A stretch of DNA of 64,000 nucleotides from Lama guanicoe (Eukaryota): positions 9,693,231-9,757,230 of the forward strand of contig MU054187.1 of assembly GCA_013239625.1 (NCBI GenBank). Reading direction: 5' to 3'. Made by a program: the position numbers and the translations under genes. Shown piece after piece: positions 13,408 to 25,458 of this stretch. Under the pieces are notes generated by a model that saw nothing but the letters and a program-made list of their open reading frames with translations, ran no database searches and had not been told where the DNA came from. The first letter of the stretch is position 1. Every line of letters starts with the position of its first letter.

Positions 13408-14099
13408 CTAGCTCATATTTTTAAACAGCCTTGTTCACATTGTATGTGTATGAGCTCTCAATTTTTGGAGAAGTATTAAAATCTCCCTGTGATTGTGGAG
13501 CGGTACATTTTTGCCTGTATTCTGCCAACCTTTGCTCCCTGGCATGGAAGTGAGAGATTCTGGTCAGTTGTCTGGATCCCATGCCCTGATCTGCCCCGTC
13601 GGTGAGGGATGCGCTTCACTGCACAGGAGAGACCGACGATGGAAGTTAGGGCGCTGGCTGCGCGGAGACAGTATCAGAGGGAGAGGGAAGTTCATGAATT
13701 CAAACACCAGCAACCCCAGTGGCATCAGTATCTCCCCTGTGTAAGGTTTTGCTCTGTAACCATCACTTGCTATAGTCTGATATTTTTCCTCTCAAACTCC
13801 CCATGGCCCCTCAACCCTAATTCCTTTGAAGTTTAAGATAATAGTCACCAAATTCCCTTTTTCCAGGATTCCAAAATTAAATTTCAGTATTCATTATGAT
13901 ACTTACGGGACTGGAAGCTTGGTAAAAATATTTCTTAGGTAATTCAACAAAAATTTAATGTTGTTGGCTGTGAATAGGATACACATATAGAAAAGTGGGA
14001 AAAACAAATGTGAAAATGATAAACTGAAATGAACAATGAAAATTATTAAAAGAGAAAAGAACTGCTTCTATAAGGGAGAAAACAGTGGGTTGGGGAGGA

Positions 14100-14430
14100 T
14101 GTTCCAAGAGGAGTGACCAGATCTGGGAAGGTCATGGGCCAGGACAGACCTTGGCCTCTGAAGGGCTAACAGAAGCCAGTGAGGCAGGAACATAGTGCAG
14201 GTAAGTGGCCAAGAAGAAGCAGGAGAGACGTATAGGGACCGGCTCTCGTAGGCCTGTATGAGCCATGTTGAGCTTTTGATCTTATTCCAGGAGTTGGAAT
14301 CCATTGGATTGGGTTTTAAGCAGAGAGTGAGATGCCTGCGTTTACGGTTTTAAGCATAACTCTAGCTACTGGGTGGAGAATGACTAGAGAAAACCATGGA
14401 GGCAGGGGTACCATTCAGGGCAACTTTGGC
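14100..14430 (-). mobile_element. L2 fragment
   Basis: ccattggattgggttttaagcagagagtgagatg... typical antisense L2. Confidence 0.65.
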
Positions 14431-17094
14431 AAACAAAGGTTTCTGTGACCTCATAGTATGTTTCCCTCTCGTCAGAGAGTTTGAAAACCACTATGGCAAA
14501 TAAAACAGACTAACTTGACCTGGAAAGAATTGTTTATACAGTTTGCAGTAATCAGCATAGATCCTTCACAGGTCTGCAAGGTCTAGAATTATAACCATAA
14601 CCCTACTCCCAAATTAAAATTTGTAGGTATTTTGTAAAGATTTTTTATCTTAAAAATTTTAAACTTCCATAAAAAGAGAAGAGCACAAAAAATTCCCATT
14701 ACCTTGGGAATTACCCAGTTACTCAATGAATATTAAGTCTGCTGACATTTGCTTCACCTGTTACTTTTTTTTTTTCTTCCTTTGCTGAAATATTTAAAAG
14801 CAAATCCCAAGTATGCAGTTTGGATCCTTCATATATTAAGGCTCCAACTCTAAAATATAAATGTTTTCTCACATACCACAAAGCCATATTCATAAAGCGT
14901 AAAAATTCATTGCTGACATCTATACCAATTCTGTAGCCAAATTTCTTTGATGTCTCAAAAATGTCTTTTTATAGTTGGTTTGTTCAAATCAGAATCTAAA
15001 TAAGATCCACACAAGATCTATTTGGTTCTTAGATCTTTTAAGTCTCTTTTAATCCAGGGCACTGCTTTTTTTCCCTCCTTTTTTTCTTTGTTTCTTTTTT
15101 TTTTTTTAATTTGTGTCACTGACTTGTAGAAACTGGATTTGTTGTCCTGTAAAATGTCTAAATATTTCATAATAAAAACATACCTTTTTTTTTTTTAAAA
15201 AAAAGGACAAAATGTGGGGTTTGAGCCTTTCAATTTCTAGTAAGTCAGCCCATCTCTCTGGAATGTTCTTTGATGTGTCTGGCATATAGTCTAGTCCAGT
15301 GAGCCATAAACACTCACCACGCTTGGCACGCATATGCAGGCTGTTAAATAAAAGTGCGTGTGCTTACTATTTTAATTTCATCATTCAGCCTTCTCAGGTT
15401 CTTGACCTGCTTATTCACTGTGATTTGTCTGCTGTTATTAACAGAATCTGAAAATAGCACCGTTTCTGAAACATTTTTTAAAAACAATTAAGATAATGTT
15501 TCAGTTTGCTAATCTCAGTCTTCTCTCCTTCAGAAATCAGAAAATTATAAATAGTTGAACTGGAGGTAGCATCAGTAAAAGCCAAATTTGTTTTCACTTT
15601 GAGGATGCACAGAAGATGCAGTGACCAGACAATGCATGTTTTCTTCACCTCAGTGTTGGGCTTTGTGAGAAGGATGACTTTGATTTCTTTGCTATAATTA
15701 GCCTCTGTTGTCAATGAAGCTGAGAAGTTATTACCTGCAGAAACTAGAGTTCGATCACTGGTTCTTTTGACTTTATTGCCAAGTTATATTGCAAAACAGG
15801 TTATATTGCAAAAATATTATTGCAAATTTAAAGTTAAAGGAATTTTTTAATATCCATCTCATGCTAATCGTTTTGAATCATCTAATAGTTTGAAGATTCA
15901 AAGGAAAGGTGTAATTCCAAATTGAGCATACACCATGTTTATAGAAAACTGGATGTTTCATGTTATTTCACCCTTGCAAAACAGAAGGCAGTGTCTTCTT
16001 TGAACCTGTGCTCACATATTCCTGGCTCTGCCACTTGCATTTTTGAGAAAACCAGTCAACTTTTCTGAGCTATAGTTTTCTCAGGTAAAATGAACATACC
16101 ATACTTAATTTATAGAGACTCAGGGATAATAATGTAAAACTGAATTTAAAGTGTAGCTTGAGTAATTCTGGGTACGTCTTCTGGATCAGGCTGTAAACTA
16201 GGAGACATTTGACAGAGATACATGTTAGTTATTTTAAGATGAAAGAGACAGAGGGTTGAGAACCAGGATCCTTGAATCCTCAACCAGCCAGCTACTGTGG
16301 TTTCAGCTGCACTCTTGGTCCCTATAATAGATATGTCTATAGAGGACCAGACCAGACAGACACTAGCCATGGAAAAGGGCTGGAGCCTTGACCTGCTGTC
16401 CAGGATGAAGGGTGGTCAGTGGATGATCTTTCCCATGGTCCACTGATCATTTGTCACTCTTTTCCTTATGTTACTATGGCTCTTTGGATTTATCATATCC
16501 TGCCTTGTATTATATTTACTGTATACAAGTATATACCCTCCACTGAAATATAAATATCTCAAGAGCAGGGATCATATCTTATTTATCTTTATAGAATTTT
16601 TTTTGAGATAGTAAGAACTCAATAAATGGTTTGTTTAATTGAATTGGCACCCAAATGCCCGGAAAATGTTGATGTTTCCTCCTCATGTAGTCTTAAAATA
16701 GGGAAGATTTGTAGTTGTAAAGTAGCAAAAGCAACTTAAACCAAACCAAAATGCACTAACAATGAGGTTAACGTTGTCAGGTAATATTCGAGGAATAATG
16801 GACAAGGAGCTGAGTCACATGTTGGTTCATCATTCATTCAGCACACGTTTACTGAGAACTTGTTGTACATCAGGCACTATATTTGATGACCAGGATACAG
16901 ATGAAAAGATATTGTCTCTGCACTCATGGAGTTCACAGTTTCAGTTGTGTTTGACCCAGGAATAATTTTTAATAAAAAAAAAATTGACTCTCTCTTTGCA
17001 AAACAACAACAAACAAAAAGCTCTTTATTGTGTTAGGACAAAAGCCTTCCATACCAATTTCTCTTTGAAAAAAATTTTTTTTGTTATTTAGAAT

Positions 17095-17232
17095 GAGTTT
17101 TTTAATTGAGATATAATTAGCATATAACATGATACTAGTTTCAGGTATATAACAATTCCACATTTGTATACATTATGAAATGATCACAGTAAGTCTAACA
17201 TCCATCACCACACATAGTTACAAAATTTTCAT
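17095..17232 (-). mobile_element. L1 3' end fragment
   Basis: ttttaattgagatataatt...ttgtatacattatgaaatgatcac. Confidence 0.75.
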
Positions 17233-17371
17233 GTGAATTTCTCAAAGGCTTTAAATCAAGGAGATTTTAAAATCATATCATATATTTTCCTAGCATTTCT
17301 TAAGATTCTTGCCATCCTCCTTGCCTCCCGCAGCTTCTCCTGCATCTTTGGGTCTCTGAGCATTGCCACTC

Positions 17372-17390
17372 TGGCCTCCAGGGGGCACTA
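17372..17390 (+). promoter_or_regulatory. CTCF binding motif
   Basis: TGGCCTCCAGGGGGCACTA matches consensus TGGCCACCAGGGGGCGCTA at 17/19, and both differences are common variants. Confidence 0.75.
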
Positions 17391-17929
17391 TTTCCTCTTT
17401 AATTCTGTGGCTCAAGCATTTGCCTCTCATAATTCCCTAGAGTACAGATAAGACCAGGGAAAATATTTAAACAGAAGTTTACAAAGGGCTCCAGAAGAAC
17501 AAAAGGCAAACAAGTAGAGGGAGTAATATACAACTAGATAATCTGGTTCACTGAATGTAGTGCAGGCATTTCAGCATTTGACTCTAAAAGGATTCCTCTC
17601 TACCTTGTTTCTCACTGCATGCACAAAGCAGAAACCACTTTTTTCTACCCTGCATTATGTCCTCAAGCAAGCAAAAATTTTCACAAATAGCTCTAAGATT
17701 GGTAAGGCTAGTTCCAGCAATGGGCTTCCTTCCAAATTCTAGTTTCCAATCTCAGTATCTGGCTCTTTCCTACATACTAGGCACTAGGCATGCCAGCCCT
17801 TTTCTGGGGAGATGGCATTGCTGACCTGGGGTTGTCGCTTTACCTGTTGTTGGGAGATGGTTATGGATGGGTCTCTCACGGCCCTGCATGTCATGCTCAG
17901 TATGCCAGGACTGCCAGGCCCTGGCTGCT

Positions 17930-18375
17930 TGTATTACTTATCTGTTACTACTTAACTTATTCCAAATCATAGAGGCTTAAAACAACAATCACTTATTTTC
18001 TGACAGTTTCTATGGATTAGGAATCTGGGCACAGCTTAGCTGGGCGCCCTGGTGCAGGGTCTCTGACAAGACTATAGTCAAGGTGCTGGCCAGGGCTGAA
18101 GTCATCTTCAGGCTTCAGTGGGGGAGATTCTGCTTCCAAGTTCACTCACCTGGCTGTTGGTGGGCCTCAGGTCCTTGCTGACTGTTGGCCGAAGATACCC
18201 TTCTCATGCAGGTCTCTCTAGAAGGCAGCTCACAATATGGCAGCTCTCTTCCCTTAGAATGAGTGAGTGAGTGAGAGAACATAAGAAGGTGCATAAGACA
18301 GAAGCCACAGTCTTTTTATAACCTCATCTCAAAAGCAACATCCCCTCACTTGTGCTGTATTCAGTTAGTGACACT
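17930..18375 (-). mobile_element. MLT1-family (ERVL-MaLR) LTR
   Basis: ggcttaaaacaacaatc...ggaatctgggcacagcttagctggg...tctgcttccaagttcactcac. Confidence 0.8.
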
Positions 18376-18984
18376 GAAGGCTCTTTGGTGCTCTAGAAGT
18401 ATCATGGGCTTCAAATCAAATGGACTTAGCTCTGCCACTTTCCCACTGGGTGAGCTCTTTGAATTCCTGTTTCTTTTTCTGTAAAATGGGAATAATGGCA
18501 TTGTTAGGAGGATTAAAGATGATGTGTATATATTGTGCTTCTGAAAGAACTGAGAAGCAGCAGTCAATGATTGCCTCCACTGACAACCTCTGTCTTCACC
18601 TCTCAGGGAGGTGACAGGACTACTCCTGTGTCACCATCAACTTGTAACTAATTTGTACGATACACTAGGTGTCTAGACCCAAAGAGAAAATCACAAGAAA
18701 CGAGAGATTACTCAAATAAACGTTTTTTTTTCCTACAGTTGTCAGCAGCCATCATCAAGAACCATCTGGGTTAAGCTATTGGCCAATAGCTCTCCTATTG
18801 CTTGGAGGATAATCAGGCGGTATGGTAAATCAGACTCTTGCAATTAGTTGTATAAAGAGAACAAATATGAAAAAGTTTCTGAGTTAGCATGGTTTCCAAA
18901 ACTGGTGGGAAAAAAAGCTAGTTCTCCATATGTCCACACTTACCTGCCTCTTTTGTAGGGCTTCTGATATATCTAAGTATCAAA

Positions 18985-19480
18985 TTTGTTTTCTATCTGC
19001 TGCTGTAACAAATTACTACAAACGTAGAGACAGATCAACAGAAATGAATTATCTTATAGCTCTGTAGGTTAGAAGTCTGACATTGGTGTTACTGGGCTAA
19101 AATCAACGTGTCAGTAGGGCTGTACTCTTTTTCTGACGACTCTGGAAATGGATGCATTTCCTTGTCTTTTCCAGCTTCTAGAGGCCACCCATGTTCCTTG
19201 GCTCTTGGCTTTCTCCACCTTTAAAGCCAGCGTTGTTGCATCTCCGACCATTTTTCCATAGTCACGTCTCTTATCTCTGACTCTTCTGTTGCCTCCCTCT
19301 TCCACTGTTAAGGACCCTTGTGATTACACTGGACCTACCTAGAAAATCCAGGACATTCTTCCTATCTTAAGGTCAGCTGATCTGTAGCCTTAATTCTTTG
19401 CCATGTAATGTAACATATTCACAGGTTGTGGGGCTAGGATGTGGACAGCTTTGAGGGGGGACAGTCATTCTGCCTATACA
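18985..19480 (-). mobile_element. MLT1C/D-like LTR
   Basis: gctgctgtaacaaattactaca...aaggacccttgtgattacactgg...cattctgcctataca. Confidence 0.85.
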
Positions 19481-19533
19481 AATGGGTATGTATCTTATAT
19501 ATGTAATATAGATGTAATTTATATACATATTTA

Positions 19534-19726
19534 CAGTTGATCCTTGAACAACATGGGTCCATTTAGATGCAGATCTTTTTCAGTAAATACATACCTGATA
19601 CTCGATCTGCAGTTGGTTGAATCCATGGATGCAGAATTGTTCATACGAAGGGCTGACTAAAAGTTACCCACAGATTTTCAGCTGGAGTCAGTGCCCCTAA
19701 CCCCCATGTTGTTCAAGGGTCAACTG
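19534..19726. mobile_element. TcMar-Tigger2-family MITE (MER8-like)
   Basis: 24-bp TIRs cagttga(t/c)ccttgaacaacatggg (23/24 match), flanked on both sides by TA. Confidence 0.9.
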
Positions 19727-19775
19727 TATGTGTGTGTATGTGTGTGTGTGTATGTGTGTATATATATATATATGT
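19727..19775. repeat. Compound (TG)n/(TA)n microsatellite
   Basis: tatgtgtgtgtatgtgtg...tatatatata directly adjoining the Tigger TA site. Confidence 0.9.
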
Positions 19776-21806
19776 AAAACTTAAAATTTTACCAAGTATT
19801 GTGTTTCTACTGTGTGATTATCTCACTTAATCCTCGCAATAACTTTATTAAGTAGGCACTACTTTTCTGAATGGAAAAAAAAACTGAGGCTGGGGAGTTA
19901 GGCAGTGTACCTGGGTCCAGAGTTGGTAAGCAGCAGAGTGAGATTCAAACCCAGGGCTTTTTTCCTTTAAAGCCGTGTCCTTAATCACTACACTGTACTG
20001 AGATTTGTCCAAATTGTATTTTTCTTTCTATTTTCTAAGAAAATGGTTATATAGTGAACATTGGGGGGGGGTTGCCAGAGGGATAACCTAAGGAATATAT
20101 ACCAGTTAAAACTCAAAGATATTTTCTCTTTATTGCCTTTATGTGTGGCTTACATTTTCTAAATTATCACAGACTTTTGTAACTAATTTTGACTTTTTGT
20201 ACCATGCCCAAAGTTTGTGAACTGTTAATACTGCTTGCTTCTTAAAAAGCCAAATTGGGTCTAAATTCCTCCAAAGGCTATGAGCTTTGGGCTTTGCTTA
20301 TTTGCAGGGTTTAAAAGTAAACAAGACCCAGGAAGTCATGTGATCCAGTTCCTTGCCCTAAATACCTCAAATCACCGCATTTTCTTGCTATTTAGGGAAC
20401 TGGTATAGGATCCCATTTTAGGCATGTATGGAATTTTAATTTCTGTGATCTTTGTTTCCAGAAGTATTTTCCTCTACCTGTTTTTCATATGCTTGTTCTC
20501 CACTGCTAGTAAGTAGCAATTAAAAATAATTTATCCAAATGATGGGTTAAAATTACAAGTAACGAGATGAAATTTAGAAGACATAGTTGAAGCCAAATAA
20601 CATGCCTGTAAAACTTTCAAACAGATGGTCCTAGGCTTGAAGAAACAACACAAGACAAAAGTGGTAAGATAGTTAAAAATACAGTATACTGAGGAACACA
20701 TTCAATATGAAGGCAATCCACACTGCAGAAGGAAAAACTTAAGGGGTTTTTCTCATCTTATAACAAGGATATAAAATCCCCTTGAAAGTACTTTATGTTC
20801 TTGTACCTTGGAACTTCCCTCTGTCTTAACACAGTGCTTTGCAGAGGAAGTGCTTGTTGAATTAGTAATATTGATGTTTACAGAAGATTGCATTAAAAGC
20901 ACCTTGCAGATATCTAGAAGAGAAAGTAAGTGATAAACGGTTTACTTAAACTACATAAAAACTAGGTGGGTATGCAAATGACCATTTTCAATTCAAATCC
21001 CAACCTGCAGCGGGTCATTAACTATGTAAAGACCAGATTTGGAAGTAGGGGAAGAAGTTGAGAAGCAGGTGATACTGAGGAGTTTAGCTGTAGTAATTGT
21101 TCCTTGTATATGTTTCGTAAATGATTTAAACTACTGATGTGGGTGGGATTATATTTTCAGTTGCTACCTCCCTGAGCCTAGCACAGTACCTGACACACAT
21201 GAGGCACTCAACAAATAGTTGCTGAATAAAGAAGGAAGAGAACAAAAGGCATTAAATTCTTAGATGACACCAAACCAAGGAATAGGGTTGGTGGACGTTA
21301 ACCAACATGGTGCTTTTGAATATGCACCCTGCCCTTAAGAATGTTTCTGCATGCACACCCAGAATATAAATTATGTACCTGTGACCTGTTTGTAAAATAT
21401 CCAACCCAAATTTAAAGATATGAAATAATCAGTATATTTAAAATAATTTAATCGTATTTTATTAAGAGTATAAGAGCCTTTTTGCTTTCACTTGATGGTC
21501 TGTTACTTGGTACGTTATTTTTAAAAATCTTGGTTTAACACTTTGTGACATAGCGATCTGCAGATCTGGTTCTAAGATTAGATTATTCTAATACTACATT
21601 TTGATATCTATCACAACTGAAGAAGATACTTCAAAAAGATATTTAGATTTAAATGGAAGAAATGCACCATTGTTGGCTATATCTATTAAAGTACCCTTCC
21701 CAGGATACCTTACAGAGCAATGACAAAGGACTGTGTGAGCATGCCAGTGTCACTGTGTATGTTAAATAATAAAGCTTAATTTCTTTCTTTTTAGGGAAAA
21801 CAAATA

Positions 21807-22305
21807 CACACTGTCCCTGACTTACGAAGATTCAGCTTACGATTTTGCAACTTTACAACGGTGTGAAAGCAATATGAATTCAGTAGAAACCGAACTCCAA
21901 GTTTTGAATTTTGATCTTTTCTTATGCTAGGGACATGCTGTGCGATACTCTTGTGATGCTGGGCGGCGTCTGCCAGCCACAGCTCCCAGTCAGCACTGCA
22001 ACCTGGAGGGCAAACAATGGAGACACCTCCAGCCATTCTGTACCCAGATAACCATCTGATTTTCACTTTCAGTACAGTATTCAATGAATTACATGAGCTA
22101 TCCAACACTCTGTTATAAAGTAGGCTTTGTGTTAGAGGATTTTGCCCAACTGTGGGCTAATGTAAGTGTTCTGAGCATGTTTAAGGTAGGTTCAGTTAAG
22201 CTATGATGTGTGGTAGGTAGTGTGTGTTAAATTCATTTTCAGCTTATTTTCAACTTACCATAGGTTTATTGGGGATGTAACACCATCTCAAGTCTAGAAG
22301 ATCTG
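21807..22305 (-). mobile_element. TcMar-Tigger element (MER47/Tigger5-like)
   Basis: TA-flanked, with gacttacga terminus and internal ttttgcccaactgtgggctaatgtaagtgttctgagca. Confidence 0.8.
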
Positions 22306-25300
22306 TAGACATTGGGATATTTTCTTTCTCAACTGTAGTAGCCTGCCTTGAGTACCTCTAGGATGTGCACCATCCACTTTGGATGTCTTTTATCTTAACA
22401 AACGTGATGAAATTAAAAATCACCCAGGAAAAATACAGTTTTGGTAAAACAGATGCAAAGGAGTTCACTAGGACAATCAAAACAACATCTTACATATAAT
22501 TTGAGAAATATAAGACTAATATAAGTCTTACATTTAAATATATTAAATATAAGTCTAAACAAGACTTTGGAGTTCAGATTTTAAAGTCTAATGATGAAAT
22601 ATAATTTTAAATGTAAGGATAATTATCAGTTGCATTTTAAGAATGTGTGAATGGAAAAGCTGAAAGAATGCTCTCACTATACTAAGGATTTGCCCAGTTG
22701 TCTCATAGAAGATTCCCTGTCTCATAATGGGCATCTCATCTAAAAAACAATGTGGAGAATTTGGAAAGAATCTGTGTGAGAGTCATAAAACATTTTTAAA
22801 AAAGAAGAAAAGAAAGAAAGAAAAGAAACAGAGGTATAGAAAAGTTAAAAGAACCAAAGTCGTTTATTGCAGAAAACTTAGAGAACTGAAAGGGTCTTTT
22901 GGTATATGAAGAGTTATAGTCCCTTAAGGTTTATGTAAGTCTTCGACATCTGGTTGAGCCAGACACATTCCCTTAGAGAACCAGATGAGGAAAAAACAGC
23001 GACGCACCTCTTTAAGCCGAAGGCTGTTAAGCCTTTGCCATCTGAAATGGGTTCAATCATTAATTGTACATAATTGACAGTAAATAACTGAGTCACCAAA
23101 TGAATGTTGTTTAAGAAAAGCTATTATTCTGTACTGATAAGCAACTAAAATACTATCTTCAAAGTCCACCTGGTAGATTTGAGCTCAAAGGCCTAATATG
23201 ATTCTCTGAGGGACACGGGAACTGCTGACACGACTTATGTAAATAAGTTATTGTCAACTATTAACAGACAAAGTTTATGTAGGTAACAGACTATCCAAAC
23301 AAGAGACAGGAAAAAAAAAATGAGAAAGAAGAAAAGGGACAATTTATATTTTGTTCTTGATACTCATAATAACTAGGTTGAAAGACAATGAGATTTCCTT
23401 TAATAGGGAAAGATAATAGTTTTACTTCAGATAAATAATGGTCTTAGTAAGATTTAAAGCAATTTCTGGTGACTTTTTAATCAAAAAGCTGATGCTAGCA
23501 GTTTAAGGGGTTTGATCTCCGAACCCTTCCTCTTGGTTTTTCTCATGAGTCTAATATAGAAAGTAAGAAAGCTCTATGATCTGAAAAGCCTTACATTTGA
23601 CCCTAACATAGTCTTGCTATGTTACAGAGTTTTCTCTTTATTAAGAAACACACTTGAATTTAAGGCATTTCAGTTTTAAGTTCGAACATGGTTAATTTGG
23701 GCCACTCCCCCAACACACAAAATGAGCAGGCTCTGAACCGTCTTCCAAATCAAGGGAACAGGGTAATTCTGCTGTGTGCTAAGGCAGTATAAACAGGTCT
23801 CAGTCTCAGTTCTTGTGAGTATCCGAGTTTTTCTAAATATACCTTGCGTTGCTTTGTGTTATAGTCAATTGTTTTGCTCAGAAAAATTCAATAAGTTGGT
23901 CACTTTAATTCCCATATTCTTACCTATTTTTACAGCAGGCTTTTCTTGTTGATTATTTTCTGAGCCACTTCATAGTTAGAACTATGCCTTAAACTACTTT
24001 CCCAGTAAAAACGGTTTTCTCTTTTTTTGAAGTTGTGGGATGTTGTGATCGGTATATCAACGGATAAACGTAGCTGGAAACTACAGCAACACTCATGATG
24101 TCTGACCGCCCCACTAAGGTAGATGAGCCTGTAGTAGGATGAGGGGAAAGGTGCTATAAAAGCTATGCAAATAATATGAATCAAAAACATCTTTCCTTTT
24201 GTAATCATGTAGTTGGTAGCATTATTCTTAGCTCTCCAGTCTTGGCGATTTATCTGCTGTAAAACAGATATTCTAATGAATACTGGCCCTCACTTCCATT
24301 ACCAGCTGACTTATGAATAGAGTCATTCAGGTCCTGTGACTGCCATTTTATCAATTTTTTTTTCCCTAAGGGAAGAGAAATTTCCTGTATTGTTCTGCTC
24401 CTCAACTCTTCCAAAGTTACAATAGAAGAATTACAAATAACAGAAGACTTTATTATGATATGAAAAGTCATTCTGGTTCCATATCAGGAACCATTGTAGA
24501 GAAAAGAATTTGCATTTTGAAAAGAGGCTGAAAACCAAGCACTCATCTCATTGGAATATTTAAAAACAAATACTGTATTAGCTGGTTAGGGAGTTTTTTG
24601 TTTTCCTTTCTGATTTTTTTCTGTTACTTTCAGGACTTCTACAAAAACCCCAGAACTCTAAAAATTGACCATTCTTTATAGTTGTACAAATGAAATATGA
24701 AATATTGGCACTTTTGTATCTGTGTTAGAGCTAATAATAATGATGATGACAGAGCAGTCAGTTGATAAGACTGTTCCAGGCATTCTCCTGCCTTCATTTG
24801 GGCTTCATAGCAATGAGATAAGCACTATTACTATTTTACTGAGGAGAAAAAAGTAGTATCCTCACATTCCTGATGAAAGCATTTCTCAGGTGAAATAATT
24901 TGCCCCAAGTAGAAAGTGGCAGAGCCAGAGCTTAAATGTAGGTCTGTCTGACTCCAAAGCTTGTGCTGATAATTTCTACATTACAGATAAAACAGATGAA
25001 TGAAATATTTGCCCTATCTGCATATTTCCAAACAAAATATTGGAAGTCAAACAAAAAGCTTTCTTTATTTAAAAATGTGTTCACATGAATTTACATGAAA
25101 CCTTTTATAAAGGCAAAACATCAGCTAGACATTGCTGGGCACTCAACAACTTTTACAGTGTAAACTTAAAAGAAATTGGAACCATAAAGGGAAATGGAGA
25201 TATGATCTATTTCTATCTAGAGGTAAATATGATTAATCAAAGTGATTACCCTTAAAGTGTACCCTTAAAATTAAAGAGAAAAAGCCCTCTAATACTTTGT

Positions 25301-25440
25301 GGATATATTTACGACCTCTAGTATTCTGAAAAATCAAGCTATTAAATTGGAGCTTTCATTATAAAGGCAAAATAACTAATGTCTTATCAGTTGAATGTGG
25401 CTCATCAACCTTCTTGTCTTGAAATATTTGTGGGAGGTAG

Positions 25441-25458
25441 TGTGTGTGTGTGTGTGTG
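25441..25458. repeat. (TG)9 microsatellite
   Basis: Direct reading. Confidence 0.9.

Noticed and set aside
22914..23099. ORF MIEPISDGKGLTAFGLKRC...
   Set aside because: No recognisable homology and no clear splice framework.
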